Shown: one piece after another, positions 47,383-57,761 of the stretch
Numbering within the stretch: position 1 is the first letter of the stretch
Layout: each line of letters begins with the position of its first letter
Assembly (NCBI GenBank): GCA_963664325.2
Contig: CAXXDQ010000007.1
Span: forward strand, 352,001-416,000
Source of the DNA: Desulfomonilia bacterium
GTDB lineage: Bacteria; Desulfobacterota; Desulfomonilia; UBA1062
Length of the DNA: 64,000 nt
Direction of reading: 5' to 3'
Made by a program: the position numbers and the translations under genes
The notes under the pieces: model-generated
What the model was told of the DNA's origin: nothing
Seen by the model: the letters and a program-made list of their open reading frames with translations, nothing else
Databases searched by the model: none

Positions 47383-47434
47383 AAATACTACACCCTCCCG
47401 GTTGACTTAAAAAAGTTCCTAGTTTGCGGCCTCT

Positions 47435-48820
47435 CTACCAGAATTTTTTCATCAGGTAAGGCGAAGAGGCACTGCCCTGAATAACTTTATCAAGTGAAGA
47501 TGCGGTCACTTTAATTCTGAAAATATCGATCTTGCTTCCCTCGGGGACCGTATCTCCCAGGGTGAACGCAATCTTGTTGGCCTTGACACCTTTCGCTACC
47601 GGAATCTTGAGGTCTGCCGCAACCAGTTCAACATCATATGACAGAGGATTTCCCTGGTCAGGGTTCAATACTTTCCAGCCGACATTTATCACTTCACTCG
47701 TTCTATATGCCGCTTTTAAAGGATAGTTATCCACTGTTACGGAAAGCCTGGGTATTTCATAATGATGCATGAGCTCCCCGTACGCCCTTCCGGACACTGC
47801 AACATTTCCCAAGGTTCCGGATGCGGAAATGCTTCCCTCCCAGAAATCGCCGTTTAACGGGAAGGTGACCATCTGGTTCTTGAACTCAGGGGTGAGAGTC
47901 AATTTCAGATTGATTTCAGGCACATCAAGAGTCCACCCCATGGACATGTAATTTTTGCTTGCGGGGTCCTGCCAGTAGCCTGTCCTGGTAAATATCGAAG
48001 TAAGGCCGGGAAGCGTGATCCCGTCTGGAGAAAAATATTGAATTCCGCCGTAAGTCCCCCCGTATGGGAGGTTATGATTCCGGTCAAAAATATTGCTTAT
48101 CAGGATGTCCGAACCATCGTCAAGCTGCACGCAGAACCATTCATATGTTTCAAACAACCTGTAAAATTCCACCGGCGAAACCAGGAAATTACCATATTGA
48201 TGGTCCATCCATCCCAGGCCGCTTATGTTTTCGGTTATACCTCCATAAGTTAAAACGGCATTAAGCTGAAGCCTGGTGAGTGAATAGTACCAGCTATATC
48301 CGCTGGAACCGATCGGAACATAGCCTGTCCCGCCAACCAGCATCGGAGGTTTTAACGACACCAATTCCCCCTTGATGTGCATATCCGAATGGTTCGTTTC
48401 GAATTCATATTCAAACGGAACAAGGTTCCCGCTTTGATCTTTTTTGCATCTCATAAAGTCGGTACCGTATTGGGTAACCTGTGTAACATCGAGGTAACCG
48501 GCCTTTGAATTCACCAGGCCTAGGGTCGTTCCGCTCAAATGTGTCTTCTGGGTAACGTTGGTGACGGTAAAGAACCTGAACTGATTATTGAAATGCGTCA
48601 CCAGGATTGAGTATTTGTCTCCGGTCGTTTCTCCTACGGCATGTATTACCACATACCACCACTCAAGGCCCGTCGGGAATATAATACTATGAGAGCCTTC
48701 GTCTTTCGGGAATACTATTTTTGAATTCGGATCGGTATAGGGATAAGTTTTCCAATCACTTGCCTGAGAAAAAAGAGGAAGGAACAGTAATGCAAATAAA
48801 ACAAGAGCACATTTTTTCAT
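47435..48820 (-). CDS. Secreted CrtC/AttH-like (lipocalin-like) hydratase family protein with C-terminal extension
   Basis: FPKDEGSH, EWWY, SWYYSLTRL, GWMDHQYG, EWF..QLDDG, WEG, AYGEL. Confidence 0.78.
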   Translation of the reverse strand: MKKCALVLFALLFLPLFSQASDWKTYPYTDPNSKIVFPKDEGSHSIIFPTGLEWWYVVIHAVGETTGDKYSILVTHFNNQFRFFTVTNVTQKTHLSGTTLGLVNSKAGYLDVTQVTQYGTDFMRCKKDQSGNLVPFEYEFETNHSDMHIKGELVSLKPPMLVGGTGYVPIGSSGYSWYYSLTRLQLNAVLTYGGITENISGLGWMDHQYGNFLVSPVEFYRLFETYEWFCVQLDDGSDILISNIFDRNHNLPYGGTYGGIQYFSPDGITLPGLTSIFTRTGYWQDPASKNYMSMGWTLDVPEINLKLTLTPEFKNQMVTFPLNGDFWEGSISASGTLGNVAVSGRAYGELMHHYEIPRLSVTVDNYPLKAAYRTSEVINVGWKVLNPDQGNPLSYDVELVAADLKIPVAKGVKANKIAFTLGDTVPEGSKIDIFRIKVTASSLDKVIQGSASSPYLMKKFW

Positions 48821-49080
48821 AGAATTAAACCCCCTCAGCATATATTTTTTAGTAGTAATCAAATGCTCAAATAGAATCAGAAGTATAATTTTAAATTATT
48901 TGATCTAAGAAGTCTATCGCTTATTTCATGATTAATACGGAGTTTATGAACAAAATATAGCGTCATGTAATTAATGTACCATTCTTGGTTTACCTGTACA
49001 ATATTATCCCTCAAACAGGACCAAGTTATCTCCATGTAATTTTAAGCGCAGTATCCATTCACCGCTCATGAATTCCACCC

Positions 49081-49971
49081 TTATTCGATTTCAGTGACAA
49101 CCGTCTGTGCCTGATGATGCAGCCAGCTTTCAATGCCGAAGGCAATAAGGGCAAACCATATTATTCCGAAGCCTATCAGCTTTGAAACGCTAAATGGCTC
49201 TTTATACATGATCACTCCCACCAGAAATTGAAGGGTCGGCGCGATGTACTGAAGAATTCCAATCAAGCTAAGCGGGATTCTTTTTACGGCTGAAGCGAAC
49301 ATTAGCAGCGGTACAACGGTAATAACCCCTGCACCCATCAGCAGCAGCACAGTGGAAATCCCTGCCTGAAAAACTACTCCCCTGCCCGCAGATTCCATAT
49401 AGAAGATATACAAAATTGCCGGCAACAGAAGAATCCCTGTTTCAAGCGTAAGGCCATGAAGCGATCCAAGCACGCCTTTTTTCTTGACCATCCCGTAAAA
49501 TCCGAAAGAAAAGCCAAGCACAAGGGCTATCCATGGTATTTTCCCATAGGCGAATGTCAGGAAGGCGACACCGGCTCCGGCTATAAAAATTGGAACCCAT
49601 TGCCATATGCGAAGTTTTTCCCTGAGAAAAAACACCCCAAGGAGAACGCTGATAAGCGGATTTATAAAATAGCCCAGGCTGGCTTCAACTATAAATCCCT
49701 CACCGACCGACCATACATAGGTAAACCAGTTTATGCCGATCAACAGTGCCGCTAAAAAATACACCCTGAGAATTCGATTATCGGTAAAGGAATTTGTGAC
49801 AGCCGCTGTCCGTCCGGTAAAGAAGATGACCATAACCAGGCATACAAAGGACCATATAATCCTGTGGCTCAGAAGTTGGGGTGCCGGTACATTGCCCAGC
49901 TGCTTGATGTAGACGGGTATAAAACCCCATATGAAATAAGCGCCGATTGCATACCAGATCCCTCTATTCAT
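49081..49971 (-). CDS. rarD: EamA family transporter RarD
   Basis: AYFIWG..P.Y, HRIIWS, EASLGYFINPL, QYIAPTLQF. Confidence 0.9.
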   Translation of the reverse strand: MNRGIWYAIGAYFIWGFIPVYIKQLGNVPAPQLLSHRIIWSFVCLVMVIFFTGRTAAVTNSFTDNRILRVYFLAALLIGINWFTYVWSVGEGFIVEASLGYFINPLISVLLGVFFLREKLRIWQWVPIFIAGAGVAFLTFAYGKIPWIALVLGFSFGFYGMVKKKGVLGSLHGLTLETGILLLPAILYIFYMESAGRGVVFQAGISTVLLLMGAGVITVVPLLMFASAVKRIPLSLIGILQYIAPTLQFLVGVIMYKEPFSVSKLIGFGIIWFALIAFGIESWLHHQAQTVVTEIE

Positions 49972-50133
49972 ATTTTATCCTGTATCAAACAAGCCGAGTT
50001 AAAACAATGGATGAGGGTAACTAGTCTTCCCCACAGAAGCACAAGATCCGGTTGATTGGAAAAGGTCCTGATGCAGGAAAGGATAAAAAGAAACCCGTAT
50101 CTCAAACTGATTAGAACTAAGCTCTTATATAGT

Positions 50134-50169
50134 AAAAAAAAAGCCGCCGGATGGCGGCCTTTTTTTTTT
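50134..50169 (-). terminator. Rho-independent terminator (bidirectional) after thiolase
   Basis: A9-gccgcc-ggat-ggcggc-c-T10. Confidence 0.85.
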
Positions 50170-50182
50170 ATTCTAAAACAAT

Positions 50183-51412
50183 CTAGCAGAGTTCGAATAC
50201 AGCAGCGGCACCCATTCCACCGCCTATACACATGGACACAATACCATATTTCTTGCCAAGCCTCTGCATGTTAGCCATCAGCGTTGCAGTCAGTTTTGCG
50301 CCTGTGCAGCCCAGCGGATGTCCCAGTGCAATTGCGCCGCCATTGATGTTTACAATCCTCTTGTCGCTCTCATGTGACCAGTACTGCTCGTCACCTATGC
50401 CAAGCTCGCGGGCACAATATATTGCCTGGGATGCAAACGCTTCGTTAAGCTCGAATATGCCGTTTTTCTTCATGTCATCAATTGTAAGGCCAGCAATTTT
50501 GAGCGCCTTCGGAATGGCATACTTTGGTCCGACACCCATTTCATCAGCCCTGCAACCGGCAACTGCGTATGCAATGATCTTTGCAATCGGCTTAACGCCA
50601 AGCCTTTTAACGGCTTCACCGCTCATCACAAGCGTTGCAGCCGAGCCGTCTGTCGTCTGAGAAGAGTTGCCTGCCGTAACCGTCCCGCAGTTCTTGACCC
50701 ACGGATTTGCATTCGAGAATGCCGGCTTCAGTTTGGCAAGCCCTTCCATTGTTGTATCGCCGCGCACTCCGTCGTCAAATGTCTGCATCGAAACTGACTT
50801 TATCCAATCGCTGCCCTTTTCGACATATTTCACTGCCGGCGTAGGAACTATTTCTGTGAAAAGGCCTTTTTTCTGTGCTTCGGCTGCCTTCATGTTTGAT
50901 GAAACTGCGAATTGATCCTGTGCTTCTCTTGTTACGTCATAGCGCTGTGCAACGTTTTCGGCTGTAATGCCCATTGATATGTAGACATCAGGGTTTACCT
51001 TTGCCCATTCCGGGTCCGGCCTTGGAAGGTTTCCACCCATGGGGACTATTGACATTGACTCGAGCCCTGCACCTATTGCCACATCACACCAGCCTGCCTG
51101 AATGCGTGCGGTCTGAAGCGCAATGGCTTCAATGCCTGACGAACAGAATCTGTTGACAACTGCGCCGCATGTATCATCAGGGAATCCTGCCATCTGTGCT
51201 ACTATTCTTCCTACATTGAGTCCCTGCTCTGCTTCCGGGAATGCGCAACCGACAAGAACATCTTCCACTTCCTTCTTGTCAACGCCCGCCCTCTCCATAA
51301 GGCCCTGCAGGGCCGTTTTGAGAAGATCTTCCGGCCTGGTCTGATTGAAAGCGCCGCGGGCCCTTCTGCAACCGGGTGTCCTAACTGCCTGAACTATATA
51401 AGCTTCTCTCAT
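50183..51412 (-). CDS. fadA: Acetyl-CoA C-acyltransferase (thiolase)
   Basis: NRFCSSG, TAGNSSQ, ELNEAFA, GHPLG, CIGGGMG. Confidence 0.92.
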   Translation of the reverse strand: MREAYIVQAVRTPGCRRARGAFNQTRPEDLLKTALQGLMERAGVDKKEVEDVLVGCAFPEAEQGLNVGRIVAQMAGFPDDTCGAVVNRFCSSGIEAIALQTARIQAGWCDVAIGAGLESMSIVPMGGNLPRPDPEWAKVNPDVYISMGITAENVAQRYDVTREAQDQFAVSSNMKAAEAQKKGLFTEIVPTPAVKYVEKGSDWIKSVSMQTFDDGVRGDTTMEGLAKLKPAFSNANPWVKNCGTVTAGNSSQTTDGSAATLVMSGEAVKRLGVKPIAKIIAYAVAGCRADEMGVGPKYAIPKALKIAGLTIDDMKKNGIFELNEAFASQAIYCARELGIGDEQYWSHESDKRIVNINGGAIALGHPLGCTGAKLTATLMANMQRLGKKYGIVSMCIGGGMGAAAVFELC

Positions 51413-51442
51413 TGTTAATCCTCCTGTCCTTCCGTTTCCAGC

Positions 51443-53848
51443 CTACAAGAACAAAGGCTTGCCGGTGGTCATGATGTTCTCGGCCATCTTCTGCGTGTTC
51501 TCCGTCTTCCACAGCTCAACAAATGCCTCTCTCTCTAGCTTCTGGAGGTATTCTTCGCTGACCAGTGTACCTGACGGTACATCGCCGCCTGACATGCAGA
51601 CTGCTATCTTCTTGGATATCAGTTCCATATGCGGTGTTATCTTCCAACCGAGTTTAAGGTTCAGCATTTCAGCCCAGACCATACCCTGTGCTTCTTTTCC
51701 GAACACAGGTATCTTCTTCTTGAGCGGAGGTGCATAACCGTCTTCCACCATCCTGAGAACCTCTTTCTTCGCCTCGCCGATAAGGTTGTCACGATTCATG
51801 ACAATACGGTCTTGAGCCGAGAGGAAGCCCCTTGCCCTTGCTTCCTGTGCCGACATCGTTGTCTTTGCCATTGCCACGCACATGAACGCTTCGAGGAAGA
51901 ATCCGCCAAAGTCTGTAATCTTTGAAATTTCCGGTTTCGATGTGATTGTCTTTCTCCAGAGATTGATCATGCCGCAACCGGCAGGAACAAGTCCTGCTCC
52001 AATTTCAACAAGGCCCATTACCAGGTCCATATGGGCAACAATTCTGTCTGCTGAGAGGCATACTTCGCAGCCGCCGCCGAGTGCCAGCCCGTAAGGAGCT
52101 GCAACAACGGGGAACGGTGCATAGCGAAGCCCCATGATCCCTGTATGAACATTCTTTATGAAATTGTCTATCTCATCAAACTTGCCTTCTCTTGCAAGTC
52201 CAAGCATATAAGCAAGGTCCCCGCCTGCCGAGAATGCGCCGGGCATGCCTCCTGCCTGGTTTCCGATCACCATGCCTACACCATTCTCATTTACATAATC
52301 ACCGGCTTCAGCCATGAAGTCGACCATCGTCTTGTTGATGGCATTCATCTTTGAATGGAACTCAAGGCAGAACACGCCGTCGCCTAGGTCTATCAGGGAT
52401 GCTGATGGTGATGTTTTGACAACTTTCTTTTCTGCTTTCAGAGCTGCCAGGTCGATTGCTGTCGGATTAACCTTGACTGCTTTGTATTTACCAGAGGCAA
52501 AATCAAAGTACATCTTTTTGCCTTTTTCCAGCTTATAGAATGATTTGGCGCCGGCTGCCATCATCTTCTCGACATTCGCCGGAATTTTCATTCCCTCGGC
52601 CTTCATCTTGGCAACTGATTTTTCGACTCCGATTGCATCCCATGATTCGAATGGACCGAGTTCCCAGTTGTATCCCCATTTCATCGCGTTGTCGATTTCA
52701 ACAACCGTATCGGATATTTCGGGGATTCTGTTCGCAGAATAAATGAATGCGCCCGCAACGACTTTCCATGCGAACTTGGCACCATTGTCGTCTCCGTAAA
52801 CAACAGCCTTTAATTTATCCGGCAGAGACTTGGCGGCCTTAGCTGCATCAAGGCATGGGAATGTTGGCTTTCCGGCTTCACTGTATTCGCCAGTTTTGGC
52901 ATCGATTACGAGTTTGACCCTCTTGCCTTCTGGTGTCTTGTCTTTCTTATAGAAACCAGCTTTTGTTTTGTTTCCAAGAAGCTTCTTCTCAAGCATGTTT
53001 TTAATGAACTGAGGAACTATGAATACATCCCTTTCCTCGTCATCAACACACTTGTCGTAAGTGCCCTGTGTAACATGAGTCATCGTGTCGAGACCGACAA
53101 GGTCTGCTGTGGCAAATATTGCGGTCTTCGGCCGGCCAAGTGCCGGTCCGAACAGTGCATCAACTTCAGGGATAGTAAGCCCGTCCTTAAGCATCTGGTT
53201 GATTGTAAGGCTTATACCATGGATACCGATCCGGTTTCCGATGAAGTTAGGTGTGTCTTTCGCCCAGACAATGCCCTTACCAAATCTTATTTCACCAAAC
53301 TCTGCTACAAAGTCGAGTACTTCCTTCTTTGTATCTGCACCGGGAATAATTTCAAGGAGGTGCATCCAGCGAACCGGATTAAAGAAATGTGTTCCCAGGA
53401 AGTGCTCTTTGAAACCCTTGCTGAGACCTTCGGACATGTCCTTGAGAGGAATACCGGATGTGTTTGATGAAACGATTGTGTCCGGTTTTCTGATGGTCTC
53501 GATTCTCTTGAAAAGATCCTGTTTGATTTTGAGGTTCTCAACAACGACCTCGATAATCCAGTCACAGTCAGCAAGCTTATCAAAGTCATCTGTAAGGTTA
53601 CCGATCGTAATACGTGCCAGATCTGTCTTCTGGAACAATAACGGTGGTTTTGCCTTCTGCAGAGCTTCCATGCCTGCGAGTACGAACCTGTTCCTGGCCT
53701 TGGGATCGTTCTTCTCCTCATCCTTCAGGTCGAACGGTACGATGTCCAGAAGCAGGACATCCACACCAGTACCGGCCAGAAGGGCAGCTATTCCTCCACC
53801 CATAATGCCTGAGCCGATAACTCCTGCCTTTTTGATTCTCCTAACCAT
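51443..53848 (-). CDS. fadN: 3-hydroxyacyl-CoA dehydrogenase / enoyl-CoA hydratase fusion (FadN-type)
   Basis: GSGIMGGGIA, SSNTSG, HFFNP, KDTPNFIGNRIG; C-terminal crotonase LGGGCE, GLVE.G.GL. Confidence 0.88.
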   Translation of the reverse strand: MVRRIKKAGVIGSGIMGGGIAALLAGTGVDVLLLDIVPFDLKDEEKNDPKARNRFVLAGMEALQKAKPPLLFQKTDLARITIGNLTDDFDKLADCDWIIEVVVENLKIKQDLFKRIETIRKPDTIVSSNTSGIPLKDMSEGLSKGFKEHFLGTHFFNPVRWMHLLEIIPGADTKKEVLDFVAEFGEIRFGKGIVWAKDTPNFIGNRIGIHGISLTINQMLKDGLTIPEVDALFGPALGRPKTAIFATADLVGLDTMTHVTQGTYDKCVDDEERDVFIVPQFIKNMLEKKLLGNKTKAGFYKKDKTPEGKRVKLVIDAKTGEYSEAGKPTFPCLDAAKAAKSLPDKLKAVVYGDDNGAKFAWKVVAGAFIYSANRIPEISDTVVEIDNAMKWGYNWELGPFESWDAIGVEKSVAKMKAEGMKIPANVEKMMAAGAKSFYKLEKGKKMYFDFASGKYKAVKVNPTAIDLAALKAEKKVVKTSPSASLIDLGDGVFCLEFHSKMNAINKTMVDFMAEAGDYVNENGVGMVIGNQAGGMPGAFSAGGDLAYMLGLAREGKFDEIDNFIKNVHTGIMGLRYAPFPVVAAPYGLALGGGCEVCLSADRIVAHMDLVMGLVEIGAGLVPAGCGMINLWRKTITSKPEISKITDFGGFFLEAFMCVAMAKTTMSAQEARARGFLSAQDRIVMNRDNLIGEAKKEVLRMVEDGYAPPLKKKIPVFGKEAQGMVWAEMLNLKLGWKITPHMELISKKIAVCMSGGDVPSGTLVSEEYLQKLEREAFVELWKTENTQKMAENIMTTGKPLFL

Positions 53849-53912
53849 ACTACCTCCTGCGTTAGTAATTTATTAACATTCCTAATAAAGCCGAAAATTA
53901 TGATTGAAGAAT

Positions 53913-53928
53913 GAATCAACGTTCAGTC
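53913..53928. promoter_or_regulatory. Imperfect palindrome, candidate TetR/FadR-type operator upstream of fadN
   Basis: gaatc-aacgtt-cagtc, near GAATG-AACGTT-CATTC symmetry. Confidence 0.4.
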
Positions 53929-54057
53929 TATACAGCAAGCACCATGTTAAATCAAGAGTTCTTTATTATAAATATAGTTTTTGCTAATACATATTGTTCA
54001 TTTTCCAAGATGTCCATGCATGCTGAATCCTGCTTGTATTATGAAATGAATGAAATT

Positions 54058-54915
54058 TTAAAAATGTTCCTTTCTATGTGCTTTCTTTTTGAATCTTTTC
54101 GTAAGCAGGCCGATAATTTCCTCGGCAATGGTTTCGACGGGTTTATCTGTTATGTCAATGACCCTGAAGCCTCTTTTTTTGAATATGCTTCTTGCATACT
54201 CCATTTCTTCAAATATCCCTGAAAGGCTGGTGTAAGACGTCATATCGGCAGCGCCGAGACTTTTCCTGCGCATCTGTCGATGTGAAACCACTCTTTCGGG
54301 ATCTATTAACAATCCGAACACTCTTGACTTTTCCACCAACGAGAGTTCTTCAGGTATCGGGCTGCCCGTAATGATCGGGACATTGGCGACCTTCCATCCA
54401 AGCATTGAAAGATAAACGCTTAAAGGCGTTTTCCCAGCCCGGGAAATTGCCGTAATGACAATTTCAGCCTTTGTAAGTTCTTCAGGCTTTTGTCCGTCGT
54501 CATGAGACATTGTGAATTCTATAGCTTCCGCCCGTCTGAAATAATCCTGATTCAGTTCATGATAAAGGCCTGGCTTACATACCGGATTTTCATGAAGAAT
54601 CTCTCCCAGCAGGTTAAGGATATCACCTATCAGGTCGATTTCATGTATTTCTAACTCTCTGCACCTTTTTGCGAGGTATACCCTTACATCGGAATTCACT
54701 AGCGTGTGAATCACAGGGTGACCATGTGTAAACCTTTTATTAATAAAATCATCCACATCCTTTTTTGAACGGATGTACGGGATATTGACAACCTGTGCAA
54801 CGCATCCGGGAAATTGAGCTAATGCGGTATTCAATATCTGATTTCCACTCGCACCGCTTCCACCTGAAACCATGTAGATTAAAGGGTCCATGCCTTTTTT
54901 TACTTTAACATGCAT
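54058..54915 (-). CDS. Pyruvate phosphate/water dikinase regulatory protein (DUF299)
   Basis: YF.R.EAIEFT..HDDG, SR..KTPLS.YL, KVANVP, D.T.K.VE.IA; start may be 54891. Confidence 0.9.
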   Translation of the reverse strand: MHVKVKKGMDPLIYMVSGGSGASGNQILNTALAQFPGCVAQVVNIPYIRSKKDVDDFINKRFTHGHPVIHTLVNSDVRVYLAKRCRELEIHEIDLIGDILNLLGEILHENPVCKPGLYHELNQDYFRRAEAIEFTMSHDDGQKPEELTKAEIVITAISRAGKTPLSVYLSMLGWKVANVPIITGSPIPEELSLVEKSRVFGLLIDPERVVSHRQMRRKSLGAADMTSYTSLSGIFEEMEYARSIFKKRGFRVIDITDKPVETIAEEIIGLLTKRFKKKAHRKEHF

Positions 54916-54960
54916 TATTCTTTACACCTCCATCATGCTTATATTATCTAAATTTGACAT

Positions 54961-55839
54961 ATGAGAAAACATCTATCTCACGAAATAAGCGGTTCATTGT
55001 GGATGGTTTCATCCTCAATTCTGTTCAGTATCATGGCCGTATTTGTAAGGTATGCCAACAGCCGGTATTCATTGAGCGGCTGGAAGACCTCGGAAATCCG
55101 GTTTGCAGTCTGCATCTTTATTATTTTTGGTCTCTCCCTCTCAAAGAAATACCCGTTAAAATTTGTCAACTATTCATGGCTTGTTTCCCGGGGAATTTTC
55201 GGCGGAGTCGCTGTTTGTATTTTTTTCTATGCCATCAACAAAATAGGGATGGCAAAAGCAACCGTTCTTACTTTCACCTATCCGATATGGGCGGCTATGC
55301 TTTCTCCCCTTATTTTCAAAAAGCCGGTATCAACCGGACTCTGGATAGCAATAATCATAGCCTTCATAGGATTGTATCTGATAGTCATACCGTCTGAAGG
55401 CGTATCATCCATCTCTGCAATGGATCTTATTGCTCTATTTGCAGGCCTTCTTTCAGGATGGGCCATCCTGTCGATTAAGAAGCTTCATGAGACCGATTCG
55501 TCAAGGGCAATACTGTTTTCTCAATGCCTGTTCGGGCTCATGTTTGCTATGATCCCGTCATACAGGGAAGGTTATACCTTTTCAGCAGAAGCATGGGCTA
55601 TACTAGTCCTCATCGGCATTATTGCAGCTGTTGCCCAACTCCAGATGACGCACGCATATAAATTTATAGGCGCAATTGAGGGTTCGCTTATAAGCATTCT
55701 TAATCCTGTACTTAACGTTTTTCTTGGGGTAATATTCTTTAAAGAGCCTCTTACATTAAGGGCTTTATTTGGTTGTGCGATCGTCCTGATATGCTGCCTG
55801 TATGCGGCAATTCCAGGAAGATATGAGATAGAGTGCTAG
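54961..55839 (+). CDS. DMT/EamA family transporter
   Basis: About 10 TM; RG.FG, T.P.W, AQL.MT.AY, F.EP. Confidence 0.88.
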   Translation: MRKHLSHEISGSLWMVSSSILFSIMAVFVRYANSRYSLSGWKTSEIRFAVCIFIIFGLSLSKKYPLKFVNYSWLVSRGIFGGVAVCIFFYAINKIGMAKATVLTFTYPIWAAMLSPLIFKKPVSTGLWIAIIIAFIGLYLIVIPSEGVSSISAMDLIALFAGLLSGWAILSIKKLHETDSSRAILFSQCLFGLMFAMIPSYREGYTFSAEAWAILVLIGIIAAVAQLQMTHAYKFIGAIEGSLISILNPVLNVFLGVIFFKEPLTLRALFGCAIVLICCLYAAIPGRYEIEC

Positions 55840-55891
55840 TTTGAATGTGGCATCACGAAAATCTTGAATATTTTATTTGGGAGGACTTTTG

Positions 55892-57112
55892 ATGATTGCG
55901 TTTTTAAAAAGAAATAGCTCAATATTAACTGTATTAATGTTCATGGATCTTATGTGTTTCCCGGCAAAGGCCCTTTCCACTCCATATGACATGGACCCGC
56001 CTTTTCCTGCAAACGACCCGGGATGGCAGACATTCAGTTTACAATGGGAAAAGCATTGGGATGGGAAAAACATCGAACAGCTTATCAGCACACTCAAGGG
56101 AATAGAAAAGAATAATCCTGACAGCACCAACCTTAATTTATGGTTTTCAAGGGTTTATTGCCTGAAGGGAAAGCGGACGTCCGGCAACAATAAAATGGAA
56201 TCGTTCAGATATGCAGTCAAGTATGCCGTAAAAGCCAGGGGATTGGACAAGGACAACATACTGGCTGTGAAACTGCTTGCAGATGCCGCAGCAAACATGG
56301 AATCATTCGGGGCTATTGTATCAAAATACGGCAATTGGATAAAAGATATTTCTCCCCAGCCTTACATAGAAACCATCGAACCTGCTTCAAATCAACCCGG
56401 ATGGGATACATTCTCCAGACTCTGGGCAAACCGCTATGATATTGAAAAGGCCGTCCAGGCCCAAAAAATTTCAGAAGGATGGGCAAACGCAAATCCGAAT
56501 AACGGCCTTCTCCAAAATTGGGCATGCAGGTCAAGCTATTGCGTCGGTGAATACTGGGACAGCATGGGGGAACATGATTCCAAGGCCCTGCCATATTATA
56601 AAAAAGGTATCGTATACGGAGAAAAAGCTGTTAAATTGACACCTCACAGCGTACCCGCAAAATACTGGTACAACGCCTGCCTCGGAAGGTCAGTCCAAAC
56701 TTCCAGTATCTTTATAAAGGCAAGCCACTTCTCGACATTCTTCGAACTGGTCCTTTTCTTCTGGCGTGAGAATTCTCAGTATCACTATTTCGGGTTCGGA
56801 TTAACCCTGGCGCCAATGATAACAAACGGCGGATGGGTTACGGAAAAAGGTATGAATGCGGCAGGCGTTACAGTTGAAAACGTGCTTACATCCCTGGATA
56901 TAGCTGAAATAATGTATCCAGACTTTATCCAAATACCGTATTCAAAAGCATTGCTTCTATCATATAAAGGTAAAAAGGATCAGGCTATAAAAATCCTGGA
57001 GAACCTGATTACAAAGAATCCCGACAAGGGAGGAACTGCAATAATGGCTGAAAACCGTTGTAATCAGAGAATGGCTAAAGCACTTTACAACGAATTGAAA
57101 AAAGGAAGGTGA
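55892..57112 (+). CDS. Secreted TPR-like alpha-helical protein with internal duplication
   Basis: RBS ggagg; possible signal peptide AKA; two homologous modules each starting PGW.TF. Confidence 0.65.
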   Translation: MIAFLKRNSSILTVLMFMDLMCFPAKALSTPYDMDPPFPANDPGWQTFSLQWEKHWDGKNIEQLISTLKGIEKNNPDSTNLNLWFSRVYCLKGKRTSGNNKMESFRYAVKYAVKARGLDKDNILAVKLLADAAANMESFGAIVSKYGNWIKDISPQPYIETIEPASNQPGWDTFSRLWANRYDIEKAVQAQKISEGWANANPNNGLLQNWACRSSYCVGEYWDSMGEHDSKALPYYKKGIVYGEKAVKLTPHSVPAKYWYNACLGRSVQTSSIFIKASHFSTFFELVLFFWRENSQYHYFGFGLTLAPMITNGGWVTEKGMNAAGVTVENVLTSLDIAEIMYPDFIQIPYSKALLLSYKGKKDQAIKILENLITKNPDKGGTAIMAENRCNQRMAKALYNELKKGR

Positions 57113-57118
57113 TTTATT

Positions 57119-57739
57119 ATGAAATATATATATTGTTCAGGCCCTCTTTTCTGCCCTGAGGAAATCGCCGGTATGGCTGCTATCGCAAAAGTCCTTGAGG
57201 ATGCTGGTTTTACTACTTTTCTTCCACAAAGGGACGGAATCGAACGGTATGTGACAAGATTCATCAATACGCCACTTAATATTGACATTCTCGGCAGCAG
57301 AAAAAATATGGACAAGGCCATATTTGCCTTGGATGTTTACCAGATCGTCAAAAGATGTGATTGTCTCGTGCTTAACATGAATGGAAGGGTGCCGGATGAA
57401 GGGGCAGTTGCAGAGGCCGGTATAGCCTTTGCCGCCGGGAAGCCCGTTGTAATCTACAAGAATGATGTAAGGACCATCTTCAAAGGTGGCGATAATTCCA
57501 TGATAACTGGCCTTACTGCATATCCGACAGTGCGGAACCTTAAGAAACTGCCGGGGGTTATAAAAGAAATAACACCATCCCAGACAAGCATTACAGGGAG
57601 ATTGCTTGAGACAGTGAATTATGGTGAAAAGTTATGGTTTTTTCTTAAAAAAATACCATCGGGCATGTTAAATAAGATACAGCAGGATGAGATTATAAAT
57701 GAAATAATAAAAATATCCGAGGTTCAGTCAGATAGTTGA
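57119..57739 (+). CDS. Nucleoside 2-deoxyribosyltransferase family protein
   Basis: IY.SGPLF, FLPQ, F..D...I...D, DEG...EAG.A...KP. Confidence 0.85.
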   Translation: MKYIYCSGPLFCPEEIAGMAAIAKVLEDAGFTTFLPQRDGIERYVTRFINTPLNIDILGSRKNMDKAIFALDVYQIVKRCDCLVLNMNGRVPDEGAVAEAGIAFAAGKPVVIYKNDVRTIFKGGDNSMITGLTAYPTVRNLKKLPGVIKEITPSQTSITGRLLETVNYGEKLWFFLKKIPSGMLNKIQQDEIINEIIKISEVQSDS

Positions 57740-57761
57740 TTTATTAGCAGGGAGGAATTAT

